This document shows, one piece after another, positions 1 to 12,910 of a stretch of 64,000 nt of DNA; the first letter of the stretch is position 1, and each line of letters opens with the position of its first letter. This DNA comes from Octopus vulgaris. Lineage: Eukaryota. The stretch spans positions 24,304,001 through 24,368,000 of the forward strand of contig OX597836.1 in NCBI GenBank assembly GCA_951406725.2, given 5' to 3'. A model generated the notes under the pieces. It made no database searches. It was not told where the DNA came from and was given only the letters and a program-made list of their open reading frames with translations. The translations under genes and the position numbers were made by a program.

Positions 1-129
1 ACTGCGTGGAACGTTGAGCAAGTGTCTTCTATTGTAGCCTCGGGCCGACAAAAGTATTGTGAGTGGATTTGGTAGTCGGAAACTGAAAAAAGTATGTCGT
101 ATATATATATATATACGTATGTATGTACT

Positions 130-178
<49 letters not shown>

Positions 179-400
179 GTGTGTGTGGGTCTGTGTTTGT
201 CCCTCCATCAGCACTTGACAACCGGTGGTGGTGTGTTTACAGCCCCGTAACGTAGTGGTTCAGCAAATGTCCGACAGAATAAGTACTAAGAAGTACTAAG
301 CTTCAAAACAATGTCCTGAGGTCAATTTGTTCTACTAAAACCTTTCAAGGTGGTGCACCAGCATGGCCGCATTCAAATGGCTGAAACAAGTAAGAGAATA
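1..400 (+). mobile_element. tRNA-derived SINE family A (CORE-like, internal TA/TG microsatellite), 5' end cut by window edge
   Basis: Aligns by eye to the full copies at 18480-18877 and 49129-49553 (gcaagtgtcttct..gcctcgggccgac..gtgagtggatttggtag; 3' ccagcatggccgca..ctgaaacaagtaa). Confidence 0.85.
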
Positions 401-536
401 AACTTATTTCTGTCTCTCTTGTTTACGAAACAGACAGAAACAAGGAAAATGCCACTTGTATTTGAACATTATGCAAATATTCTTTCAAAAAACTTTTCTT
501 TTAATTTCTCCAAATTTTAATTGTTTTCCATACTTA

Positions 537-572
537 CAGTTGAAAAAGTCTCAATGACCGAAACCGGTACTG
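537..572 (+). ncRNA. Degenerate minimal type-I hammerhead ribozyme motif
   Basis: cag-TTGAAAA-agtc(tcaat)gacc-GAAA-ccg-GTA-ctg. Stem I cag/ctg and palindromic stem III ACCGGT. Two substitutions relative to the CUGANGA core. Lies about 90 bp upstream of a TA tract. Confidence 0.45.
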
Positions 573-768
573 AAATGTTTTTTATAAAATTATTTTAGCA
601 TTTTCTACCTTGACTTTTTTTCCATATATATCAACTCGTGTGTTCCTTTTAAACCTTCTACATATAAACATATATAAATATATATATATATACATACATA
701 CATATATATATACATATATATATATATATGTTTGTGTATGTGTGTGTGTGTGTGTGTGTGTGAATATA

Positions 769-817
<49 letters not shown>

Positions 818-1482
818 CCAATGAATGATAATATTTATCCTAAACTATTTTCAAAATATCGTGAATTGGCCAATGTACAAAACACCGAGATATTTTTTTC
901 TGTTTTTATTTTCTTTAACACTTTATAGCATTTGATAAAGCTGAGGAAATACATTCCCGGTAACCCACCCAAAATCGTTATTGTACCATTTCCAGACACT
1001 GCTCAGCAAGAAGTCTTGCAAATTGCTCATCATCAAAAAGCATTCGAAATTTCCCCTTCATGAATGTGTGTGCATATTACATATATAAGTATGTGCGCGT
1101 GTGTATGTGTGTGTGTGTGTGTGTATGTGTGAATTCTGTGTAATGATTCCTCTGTTTCTACCTGGACGATCGCCCAATCTCATAATAAACTCGCACATAT
1201 TGCTTCAGATTCATTACGGATCTGACACAGTAAGGATAATTTTCCTAACATTACCACATGTTAATTTTGATTTACATTCTTTCTCCCCACTATCCCCCTC
1301 TCCTTCGCCATCTCTCTCTCTCTCCCTCCCTCTCTCTCTCTCTCTATCCATCCATCTATCTATCTATCAATATATGTATAGTTTCTTCTTAATTCTTTTA
1401 CGCAATGGGGGACATACACAGACACAAACACACACACATACACATATATATATACATACATATATGTGTATGTGTGTGTGTA

Positions 1483-1522
<40 letters not shown>

Positions 1523-1924
1523 GTTGATAGCTCTACCTTCCAAATAGATGTCCGCACACACACAAAAAATATAAATAAATAAATCCGACAATTAATTATG
1601 GAAATATTTTTTTAACACTTAAATACAAAGTCAAAATTCACCAATCGATAGTAGACGCGCGATATAAAGCATGGAATTTACCGGGAGATAATGATTTAAT
1701 AATCATAAATCTAGTAATGAGGATTTTACCAGTTATAATATTACTACCATGATCCTTTGCAAAATATAACAACAATACGCTACAGCTGCCGTTTCGTGCA
1801 GAGGAGGTGTCTCAGAATGTCTTGAAATGTTTATGGATTTATAAAAGTTCTTGTTTCAGACTAAAATTTAGAAACTACTCAGGGAAATGCGGAAAGCCTT
1901 TCAAGTGATTACCTTAAGATATTG

Positions 1925-2125
1925 GAAGTTACTGGAAGAATCGTTAGAGCTTCGGACAAAATGACTTCCGTTATTCCTTCAGGCTTATTACGTTCTGAGT
2001 TCAAATCCCGCTGAGGTTAACTTTGGTATTCTTCTTTTCAGGAACTCTAAAATGAAGTACTAGTCGAGTACTGAAGTTGATGTAATCATCGGAACCATCC
2101 CACTAAAATTGCTGGACTCCTGCGC
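1925..2125 (+). mobile_element. Diverged SINE family B copy
   Basis: ttacgttctgagttcaaatcccgctgaggttaactttg matches the family B core (compare 5931-6169). Confidence 0.6.
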
Positions 2126-2128
2126 AAA

Positions 2129-2130
<2 letters not shown>

Positions 2131-2222
<92 letters not shown>

Positions 2223-2297
2223 CATTATTATTATTATTATTATTATCATTATTATTATTATCATTGTTATTATTATTATTATTATTATTTTAATTAA

Positions 2298-2358
<61 letters not shown>
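2131..2358. repeat. (ATT)n microsatellite
   Basis: Direct reading. Confidence 0.95.
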
Positions 2359-2361
<3 letters not shown>

Positions 2362-2574
2362 CTCTTTCAATTCTGTTTCCTTTTCTTGGTGTGTGTCTTC
2401 CTGACACCTAGGGCAGAGAAACGCACTGTATACATTGGTAGGCCATTAAAACAAACACACCAGATTGTTCATTTACAAAGTCATGTAATAGAGAAAAAGG
2501 GTAAGAAAGGCTGAGAGAAAGGGAAAGATATAAAAATAAACAAAGAAAATAAAGGGGAAAAAGGAAAGGAAAGA

Positions 2575-2614
2575 TTATTATTGTTATTATTATCATCATC
2601 ATCATCATCATCAT

Positions 2615-2681
<67 letters not shown>
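2575..2681. repeat. Compound (ATT)/(ATC)/(TAG)n microsatellite
   Basis: Direct reading. Confidence 0.95.
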
Positions 2682-2682
<1 letters not shown>

Positions 2683-3546
2683 AAAGACGCCCCTTTTAAA
2701 TCGGTAGTAAGTTTTGTTGTTTACTGTGTTTAAAAAGGTAAACCGTTAAATGTTCATGTTGCAGTGAGCAGGACCATGAAAAACTGGTCCCCTACGAATC
2801 ATTTTGAGCTTGCGAGGTGGAATTTGTTAATCTTTCGTGGAATTTCGTCATGAAAAATAACATCAAAGTATAGTAGCATCGACGTTTGCGACAAGATACC
2901 TGCAGGAGATAAATAAAGAAGTAAATAGTCCCCCATTCAAATGACTGTAAACCAAACCACCACAACTAACATCGACGACGACGACGACTAAAAAAGAGAA
3001 ACAACAACCTTCCCCATTCACCAGCGTCACCAACGCAACATGTGTCAGTAACGACAACCAAAAACCCAGCAGCAACGACAGCAGTATAAGCAATAACAGT
3101 GTTCCTAACCAAAACAACAACACCGCCGTTAGTTCAACGTAAATGAAGCAGTCACAGCCGCAGCAGCAGACAACTGCCAACTTGAAATATTTACCAGCAA
3201 CTAATGCAACCACAACTGCCGTTTTCACCACAAGTCAGATGCATCAGTGCCAAGGCCATAACATAGCAACTCAAGGAGTGTAAGACGTTTTACTAACAGC
3301 GCAACTCGAGTCACAGAAGAACTTGAGCTGCAGAGAGAAATTATTAAAGAAGGAACGTCATTGCTCAAAATGAGTAGAAAGACAGCGTAGCGCTAACCAT
3401 TTACATCATCGACAGAATCAATCAATTATTGTAACTCGTAATGAGGTGAAGAGTTGGCGGGTTGAAAGACTTACTCAAGGATTGACAGAAAGATGCCTGA
3501 AGCCAGTGTGGAAACAAAAAGAGAAGCGTTTGCCACGTGAGATAAT

Positions 3547-4141
3547 CTATTTCTTTACTACCCACAAGGGGCTACACACAGAATGGACAAACAAGGACAG
3601 ACAAACGGATTAAGTCGATTACATCGACCCCAGTGCGTAACTGGTACTTAATTTATCGACCCCGAAAGGATGAAAGGCAAAGTCGACCTCGGCGGAATTT
3701 GAACTCAGAACGTAACGGCAGACGAAATACCTATTTCTTTACTACCCACAAGGGGCTACACACAGAAGGGACAAACAAGGACAGACAAACGGATTAAGTC
3801 GATTACATCGACCCCAGTGCGTAACTGGTACTTAATTTATCGACCCCGAAAGGATGAAAGGCAAAGTCGACCTCGGCGGAATTTGAACTCAGAACGTAAC
3901 GGCAGACGAAATACCTATTTCTTTACTACCCACAAGGGGCTACACACAGAAGGGACAAACAAGGACAGACAAACGGATTAAGTCGATTACATCGACCCCA
4001 GTGCGTAACTGGTACTTAATTTATCGACCCCGAAAGGATGAAAGGCAAAGTCGACCTCGGCGGAATTTGAACTCAGAACGTAACGGCAGACGAAATACGG
4101 CTACGCATTTCGCCCGGCGTGATAACGTTTCTGCCAGCTCG
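3547..4141 (-). mobile_element. SINE family B with triplicated 184-bp 3' body (head-to-tail array)
   Basis: Near-identical units start at 3547, 3731 and 3915. The SINE head occurs once (4099-4141). Flanked by GATAATC at 3541-3547 and 4141-4147. Confidence 0.93.
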
Positions 4142-4228
4142 ATAATCAATGTGGCTCAATTAATGTGAGATCAGGACCTGAAACCAAAGCATGAATGAAC
4201 TCCACAGTCTCAATTCTTTCTATCTTTT

Positions 4229-5256
4229 ATGGTTAAACTGGCTCCAATTGTGAGGGTGGCAGATGTGAAACCAGAAATATATATCTGGTCGTTGGTGTCG
4301 GGTGTTTTACCCGATGGTAATGATGTGGTAATGTTAAAACTTCAAGTGACACAACTAAGAAAACTGATCGAAGAAAGACATGAAGCTATATTTCAAATAA
4401 ATCAGAAGCCCGAAGCCACCGTCAACCTAATCGAAGTACCAAATGGCACTCTTGTAATAATGATAGTAGAGAGTAGAAGACCAAGTTGTCACATTTGTGG
4501 TTAGAGCAACCATCTAAGTTTTTCTGTCCACAACAGATGAAATATGACCCTGCTGCTATCAATGTCACAATACAATAACAATAACAGTGTGCAATTAACA
4601 ACAACCACGAAAGCATGACCATCAACAACAACGAAAACAGACAGAAATACACCATGACAACAAGAAAATCAGCATCAACATCATCAGCAAAAGAAACACA
4701 TCACACAACATACCTCTCCCTACTTCAGATCACTCAGACATGTCCTGTACCGAGTATAGCAAAAGTGAAATATGGGAAATTTGGAAAACAATATGGAAAA
4801 ACAAAGGAATGTACAAAAATTTACTGGTGGAAACCCAAAATTAGCCGGAAGGAGGGATCAGCAGTCCTTTTATCCAATATGGCCTTACTCAGAATAAGCA
4901 GGAGATTTTAAGTAGCCAAGATTCGCCATGGAAGCGTGGTCACCTACTCAACGACCTCAGGACAGTAGATATAGATGTACTGGTCATCAATAAATCCCTC
5001 TGGTGACCTTGAAGAAAGAGGTCGTTTGGTGGACGACGTTGAAAGGGTTGAAGAGAGAGACCTTCCTGTTTGGCCTAATCTGCATCAAATTTTTCGAGTT
5101 TCACTTAAAAAGGAAAATGAGTGTCGAGAGGGGAAGGTTCTGCCTCCTAAAACATTTGTTGAAAAAGTGTATGAAAGTGATAAGCATAGTCGGAGTGGAC
5201 AGTCTTGCTCTGAGCATGCGCCAGTAGAATGGGACAAGGAGAGGATGCTTGGTTGA
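4229..5256 (+). pseudogene. Decayed L1/Tx1-like non-LTR retrotransposon (ORF1 zinc knuckle plus ORF2 C-terminal remnant)
   Basis: VESRRPSCHICG*SNHLSF(frameshift)CP is a broken CX2CX4HX4C knuckle. The downstream KEVVWWTTLKGLKRETFL..FFEFHLKRKMSVER resembles an L1/Tx1-like ORF2 end (recalled similarity). Stops and frameshifts present. Confidence 0.5.
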
Positions 5257-5299
5257 TGAATTAGGATGGTTGTAGTTTTGTGGAATTTTTACGAATACC

Positions 5300-5525
5300 T
5301 ATTTCTTTACTACCCACACTGGCTAAACATAGAGGGGACAAACAAGGACAGACAAAGGGATTAAGTCGATTACATCGACCCTAGTGCGTAACTGGTACTT
5401 AATTTATCGACCCCGAAAGGATGAAAGGTAAAGTCGACCTCGCCGGAATTTGAACTCACAACGTAACGGCAGACGAAATACTGCTAAGCATTTCGCCCGA
5501 CGTGCTAACGTTTCTGCCAGCTCGC
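5300..5525 (-). mobile_element. SINE family B, young monomer
   Basis: Matches the array unit plus head. TSD CGAATACC at 5292-5299 and 5529-5536. Confidence 0.9.
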
Positions 5526-5751
5526 TTGCGAATACCATTATGTCTCCCCTGTTTTGAGGATTATGTTTTTGTTTTGAATTTTTGTTGAAATTGTTATATA
5601 TTTTGTTTTAGTTCTTTCTCTTGTTTACACGTTGTTTTTTGTGATGCCCCACTACCCACTGCGTTGTTTAGTACCTTGCTCTTATAGTCATTTTTTTTTT
5701 CGTTAATAAAGAAAGTATTACCGTTATTCTGGCAGAATAATACTAATGCTT

Positions 5752-5920
5752 AACAGTATTTCTTCCTACTTTACGTTCTGAGTTCACATTCCGCCGAGGT
5801 CGACTTTACCTTTCACCCTTTCGAGGTCTATAAAATAAGTCCCAGCTAAGCACTGGATCCAATGTAATTGACTTGCCCCTCTCTCCAAATTTCGAGCCTT
5901 ACGTTCAATAGTAGAAAGAG
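5752..5920 (+). mobile_element. SINE family B, older subfamily (5' truncated)
   Basis: ttacgttctgagttcacattccgccgaggtcgactttacctttcaccctttcgaggtc core with the alternative 3' tail. Confidence 0.75.
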
Positions 5921-5930
5921 CAGTATTTAA

Positions 5931-6169
5931 AAGGCGGCGAGCTGGCAGAAACATTAGCACGCCGGGCGAAATGCGTAGCAGTATTTCGTCTGTCGTTACG
6001 TTGTGAGTTCAAATTCCGCCGAGGTCGACGTTGCCTTTCATCCTTTCAGGGTCGATAAATTAAGTACCAGTTACGCACTGGGGTCGATGTAATCGACTTA
6101 ATACCTATGTCTGTCCTTGTTTGTCCCCTCTGTGTTTAGCCCCTTGTGGGTAATAAAGAAATAGGTATT
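5931..6169 (+). mobile_element. SINE family B, full-length monomer
   Basis: aaggcggcgagctggcagaa head, B-box-like gagttcaaattcc, central gcctttcatcctttcagggtcgataaattaagtacc, ends aaagaaataggtatt. Confidence 0.9.
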
Positions 6170-6346
6170 GTGCTAGGGTTACCAGAGGAATAAAACAAAT
6201 CATTTATGAATTCAATCGAAGTCTGCTGGAGGGTGAATGCTTCTCGATCTGTTCAATGATTTTCATCTCACTTCACAGCGTAAGAACAGTTCATTCATGA
6301 GTCGACTTTGAGCCGATAAAGAAAGTACTAGTTAAATTGTTATCAC

Positions 6347-6348
<2 letters not shown>

Positions 6349-6414
<66 letters not shown>

Positions 6415-6431
6415 TTATTATTATTATTATT
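6349..6431. repeat. (TTA)n microsatellite
   Basis: Direct reading. Confidence 0.95.
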
Positions 6432-6439
6432 AAAGGCTA

Positions 6440-6700
6440 GGATCACCAAGCATAGATTGGCATATTTCGGTCATATTATGCGGAGAGAATCCCTGGAGAA
6501 GGACATTATGCTCGGAATGGTCAGTGGCAAGAGAGGAAGAGGCCGACCAAGAACCCGCTGGCTTGACACCATCAAGAGTGATACCGGAATGGACATAGCC
6601 AATCTGAAAGAAGCGGCCCAGGATAGAACTGACTGGAGGACACAGATCCAACGAGTGACCGAGAGTCGACTTCGACTGAGCGGATAGAGAGAGAGAGATG
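6440..6700 (+). mobile_element. 5'-truncated RTE (BovB-like) LINE 3' end
   Basis: RLAYFGHIMRRESLEKDIMLGMVSGKRGRGRPRTRWLDTIK..AAQDRTDWR..IQRVTESRLRLSG* is the typical RTE C-terminus. (GA)n tail and TSD AAAGGCTA at 6432-6439 and 6701-6708. Confidence 0.9.
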
Positions 6701-6734
6701 AAAGGCTAATAATAATAATAATAATAATAATAAT

Positions 6735-7073
6735 GGGATTGCAAGGGTAAAGACCCCCTTCGGTCATGAATGACCATGGGATTGCACCTAGAAAGTTACC
6801 CTCCTAGATACAAGTCCGGGCAAGGTTGTTTATGGAAGACCAGCAGTCGCCCATGCATACCAGCCTCCCCTCTCCACGCCACCAGTGTTATCCAAGGGAA
6901 AGACAAAGGTCGACACAGCTTGGCACCAGTGACGTCGCAACTCATTTCTACAGCTGAGTGAACTGGAGCAACGTGAAATAAAGTGCCTTGCTCAAGAACA
7001 CAACACGCAGCCCGGTCCGGGATTCGAGCTCACAACCTCACGATCGTAAGCTCGACGCTCTAACCACTGAGCC

Positions 7074-7075
<2 letters not shown>
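6735..7075 (-). mobile_element. tRNA-derived SINE family C (CORE-like domain)
   Basis: Minus strand tggctcagtggttagagc (A box), gctcgaatccc (B box), tgtgttcttgagcaaggcacttt (CORE-like). Inserted in (TAA)n. Confidence 0.85.
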
Positions 7076-7120
<45 letters not shown>

Positions 7121-8400
7121 GTGTACTTTAAACAAATGCAAATGCATTCATAAAATATATTAAGAGTAGTTAACAATGGAGTTGCAGAGATGTGTATTTG
7201 ATATATCTTTTCCACTTTTCTTGCTGATTGTCTATAAAATATCTTTGTTCACATCTCGTTTGCGCGCGCGCGGTGTGCGTGTGTGTGTGTGTGTATGTGT
7301 GTGTATGTGTGTGTGTGTGTGTAACACACATAATTAAATAGCAAGAAAACTATTGGCAGTATGTATTTAGTCTTTACATATTCGGCACTTAAATAAGTAA
7401 CCGCCTGCTTTCAATTTCTTAGCTATTTTCTCTAGACATAAAGGAAAATACGGCGTTATCATTAATGTGTGTGCGTGTGACTGATATATGTGTATGTGTG
7501 TGTGTGTATGTGTGTGTGTGTGCTTAACCCAGTGTCCTTTCAAATAAAGCACTTCAGCGCTGTTCCTTGCGTCAGTATAATAAATAGAGTAGGTGCCAGC
7601 TATATCAGGTCTATAAATGCGAAGTCCTTATTTTCGTTATGATCAAACACCCGGATATAAAGAAGAAAAAAAAAGACCGAAAAAAAGAACAGCCAGCAAG
7701 AAGAACGTTAATTGCAAATTATACAATATGTACTTAATCTATCAGTCTCTTCCACTGTTCTCCTAATTTGCCCCATTAATTATGAATCTTTACATTCAGC
7801 ATTTTGGCAATCATTCTTCAACCAGATTCATATCTTTCGCTCGATTGTGTCTGCCTAAATTATCTTTGTAACTTATTCTTCATGAAAAAATATATCTAAA
7901 GAAAACAAACAAATGAAAAAGTCAAGTAACACACACACACACATATAGCCATATACCTATATACAAAATAATGCACACACGTAAAGAGTCCTATACCTAC
8001 ATAGAAAGTAATCTTCTTGTATATTGTTCAGTCTATTTCTTTTAGCTTTCTTTTGCCCTTCTTTTAGTAGTTTGCAACTTTTCTGCTTGACTGCATCTTT
8101 CATATTATTTGATAGCGCTATTCCTATCTTGTACTCAGTTGACTTCGTAAATATAGAAAACAGCTTTCATTCTTTAATATTCTCTAATAAATTTCTTATA
8201 GCACATAGTCGTAAGAACATAAAGCTGTTAAAGTTATTAACGTTATCATTGCTATTGCTAGTGGTGGTGGTGGTGGTGGTGGTGGCAGTGCTCATGATGC
8301 GTGTGGTGTTTGTGGTGATAATGGTAGAGGTGGTAGTGATGTTAGTAGTAGTAGTTGTGGTGATGGTGGTGATAAGATGCTAGCAGCAGTAGCAACATCA

Positions 8401-8401
8401 A

Positions 8402-8433
<32 letters not shown>

Positions 8434-8514
8434 ATAGCATAATATTTGTTTCTGTAGCAACGGCTTTGTCTTCAGATAGCCTTTCGTTGTTATTGTATTT
8501 GTTGTTAAATGGCG

Positions 8515-8590
<76 letters not shown>
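8401..8590. repeat. (TAG)n and (TAA)n microsatellites
   Basis: Direct reading. Confidence 0.9.
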
Positions 8591-8592
<2 letters not shown>

Positions 8593-9563
8593 GTGTCGGT
8601 GGAGAAGAGAGGAGGACGTGGTGATGAGGACTAAGGCAAAGCTAACAACAATCATAATATCCCCGCAGCTTTTCTATTCATTTGTTTGTTTTTGTTTTTT
8701 TGCTCGTGACTTCATTTACGAAAATCACCAAGGCTGTACCCTAGTGCCCTACCACCCACACAAATCCACAACAGACCTACAAACACATACACTTACGGTA
8801 TATTAGCAATCGACAATATGTGTTCCATACGAGATTCATTTTCAGGATTTTGAGGACTCCAAGACTTCCAAGTTACAGTGTCAATGTTATAAATCTGCCT
8901 CAACACCTTTAACCTATTGAAATATCTCTCACTGCAGATCTGTGTCCTTACATATAGTTATGCCTTAATATCGGTCTTTATGAACCCTTGGTTATTATCA
9001 GTTTAGATATTGGGCAGAAGGCTACGAACTTGTGGAGAAGGGTTATAGTCGCTGAAAGATTACTTGTATATGCATGTATCGTCCAGGCGGAGCTTCATCT
9101 CAGATCGTAAAAAGATGTTCTCTTTACATTAAAGTTCCTTTCTTGTATATTCTCCTTGCTCTTTATCCTCTATGAAGGTAATATAGTAGCAATGGAGCCT
9201 CTACATCTAGCTGTTCACCTGTTTTTTTGTTGGTTTTTTTTTGGTGGTGGTGGTGGGGGGGGTTAAAGCACTGCTTGGACCTTGACAGTTTATTTTGTTG
9301 CAAATTTTCAGACCAGAACTCTATCCACGTCACTCCTATGGACATTGACTGGCAAATATTCAGGCTGTGAATCAAATGCATCAATTTTAGCAGTGGAGGA
9401 AAGCCCGGAAAAGTCGCTAGAGCTTCCTTTTCCAACGAAATTACTCTAATGCATATATATCGATATCTATTGCTTCTATATCAATGTCTACCTATAAATG
9501 TATGTGCGTGTGTGTGTGTGTGTGTGTAGGAGTACATATATATATATGTTTATATATATATAT

Positions 9564-9610
<47 letters not shown>

Positions 9611-10492
9611 CATAGATTCATATATACATACATACATGTATGTATGTATATGTATACATACATACATAGCATTTCAAAAGTAACTTAGTGTAACTGAGTG
9701 TGGATATATTAATATACACACTTGTGTCTTCAAACGACGAATGATCTTTACAATTTCATACCTTACAGTTTCCTTTCTAAGATATTTTTTCCTCCGTAAA
9801 CCTCGACGCTATTGTTGTTTTTGTAACCAAACAAAACTACAGAAAGAAGGCTTCCAGTCGTAAAGTTTACTTCTGTGTTAATAGTTACTTTGGATCTTCA
9901 GTGGAACCCAATCATATTCCTAAACACACAATAGTGAACATGTAGATATGGCTAACGAACGGGAACATTTTTACCGAGAAACGTGTGGTTATGCTGAGGC
10001 AAATAAATGATTATCACCTATGATGTTCTTGTCGGTGTTCCGAGCGATAACATAAACTCAATAGTCGAATTCTAGATTTAGTTTAAGTACATTGCTAATT
10101 CCCTGGATTTTAAAGTTCTTAAGGAGAATATGCGAGGATGGATTGATCCAGAAAGTAAATAAGGTGTCTTTAAAACGGAACGAAATCACCCCTTTGCCAC
10201 AACTGAATTTAGGATAGTATAACGAATATCAAGGTTCATAAATATACGCTGAGTCCCTTTTGTAAAGAGGAGAAAGAAGGAAAATAGTGTTTAATGTCTT
10301 ACTTTTATAATTGATGATATGTAATTCAGCTGTTTGGTCCATTGTCGAAATACACAGTTGAAATTTATCGGCCAAGGATATTTATCAGTGGAGAAGGAAA
10401 TACAACGTCATTATAATTTTGTTGGGAAATATTAATTTCGACTTTGTCAAAATTGTTTGATCATAGGAACTTAGCCATGTTTACTTTAGTTT

Positions 10493-10494
10493 GT

Positions 10495-10589
<95 letters not shown>

Positions 10590-10596
10590 CGTGTGT
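10493..10596. repeat. (TG)n microsatellite
   Basis: Direct reading. Confidence 0.95.
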
Positions 10597-11959
10597 ATAC
10601 ACATATGTTTATTAATGAATTATAGTCTTTCAAGGCCGAGAAAGCAGTTCTGCAATTTCTTGCAAGAAAACTTCACCGATGATTCGTTTGCTTATAGCGA
10701 TCAAATGTTTGCTCTGCAGACAAACCCATTGCCTGTATAGGTTCACGAGTGTGTTACAATTCAGATCTCGAAGTGATCGCATGGGGGTATATACATATAT
10801 GTGCTTACGCTCATTAATTGATAAATATACATGCATGTCCATGTTTGCTTAAGACTAATTTCATTACAGTCTTACGGAAATTTTATGCTGGTAAATGCGC
10901 TATCCAACACTAACAGCTCAGATTTGAATGATCTGTCAATAAAGTTTAATGATTGACCAGTCCAATATGAGGGAGTAAACCGCACTGAGTTTGCACAGTG
11001 ATACCGTATCGATACCAAATGAAAGACAGAATTAATAAAATTCAATCGGTCGTCCAAAACCAGGAAAAGATTTGTAAGTTAGAATACTTATCAGATGAGT
11101 ATTTCTAACTTATGTCTTCATTTCTGACAGAAGTAATAAAGTTTTTACTTTTCCAGATAACGAAACCAAATTTCTGTTGAAGGTGGAACTAGAGAGAAAT
11201 TGGTTAGCGTTGTTATCCGGAATGTGACTTTATAAAACCTGGCCTTCTAAGACAATGACAATCTTAGCTATATTAAATAATAAAAGAAATTCCTTTATTC
11301 TTAAAATATGTGAAGTCAATAAGTTTCAAGTCCACAACGAAAAATACTGCCTAACAAAAGTTTGTGAATTGTTATATACACTTGACGAATTTTTGATAAA
11401 GCTCAGCCAAATTGATATTAGATGGTGGAGAGGGAATAATGGTCAGAAAGATTTGAAGGTGATGAGAATACAAAAGCAGTGAAAGAAAGTAATATGAATT
11501 GTATGACATTTTTCATTGCTTTGTGGGTAAAAGGGACAAACAATTGATCTTACTGAGAGGAAAAAAAAATATAATCAACTTTACAACCAGATTTAAATCT
11601 TCAGCTGACATATTCTCATTGACTTTTTTTTCTTTTTTGATTTATTGAGAGTAAAAAAAAAAATTAAGCAGTAAGTTGATAAAATAACAATAGAAATGTG
11701 ACAGTTGAGAAGTGAATGTTTAACTGAAATGATTAGAGACCCAAAATATCATCTTAATGGGGGTCAATAAAGGTAACTCGGAGTTCAGCCACGACAAATA
11801 ATAACGAATACAGAAAGCTGCGAGAAAAAATCTTTTACAGAAAATAATTTCTTTGTAAACAAAAACAAACAAAAAAAAAAAAAAAAAAAAATCAAAACAA
11901 AGAAATAAAATAACTACAAAGCAACAAAAACTTTGTCGAGCTATATTTAGTCGCATAAT

Positions 11960-11980
11960 GTAGTAGTAGTAGTTGTAGTT

Positions 11981-12026
<46 letters not shown>

Positions 12027-12185
12027 CAGTGGTTTTTCAATCCTACATTATAGCGTCTCAATGTAGTTCAATGCTGGAAGACCTTATAGTGAGCTAACAA
12101 AGACGAATGTTGTCAGATTTGACCTTATAATAGCTTCAAATAAATCTATGATTATATGTTTGTCTTGCTTGCCGGTACGTTTCTT

Positions 12186-12267
<82 letters not shown>

Positions 12268-12276
12268 GGTGGTGGT

Positions 12277-12333
<57 letters not shown>
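11960..12333. repeat. Two (TAG)n microsatellite blocks, one with an internal (TGG)n
   Basis: Direct reading at 11960-12025 and 12186-12333. Confidence 0.9.
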
Positions 12334-12334
<1 letters not shown>

Positions 12335-12910
12335 GAAAAATAACAAAATTATCTCTTGAATTATACTTGAAATTTTGTTAAACAAACATCATTTTTTTTC
12401 CATGGAATCGGATGATAATGAAAGGTGTATTGAGAATGATTAAGTATCAGGAGGCATGTTTTACAATGTCATTGTTGTATTTTGTTTGATTCACGCGTCC
12501 TTTTCTTGTTTAATCAGACGTGGTAAATAAACACAGCCATCTCTGTCTTCTTTTTCACATTAAACAGTGAACCACCGCATTGATTCAGTTGATGTTTTCA
12601 TAAAAACATCACAGAAACATATCCTTACACACACTATTAGCGCACACACGCATACACACACACACAAATACACACGAATACACGCAAACACGCATGTATT
12701 TATATTTGAATCTCATAGACATACGCGAGTGAGTCTCATATATGTGTGTCTATGTGTGTGCGTGCTTGCGTGTGTGTGTGTGTGTGCGTGTGTGTGTGTG
12801 TGTGCGTGCGTGTGTGTGTATACTCATGCGCAGTGGAAAGAAAGTATGTGTGAGTGTATGCTTGTATGTGTACACATGAGAAAGAGAGGCAGAACGTTAC
12901 TTACACACAC

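Noticed and set aside
3547-4098. 184-bp tandem array as a CRISPR array or hammerhead retrozyme
   Set aside because: There are no unique spacers or cas genes, the unit is a dispersed SINE body, and I found no CTGANGA..GAAA core on either strand.
6337-6687. Apparent secreted protein with a poly-Leu signal peptide
   Set aside because: The poly-Leu comes from a (TTA)n tract that happens to be in frame with an RTE fragment bounded by a TSD.
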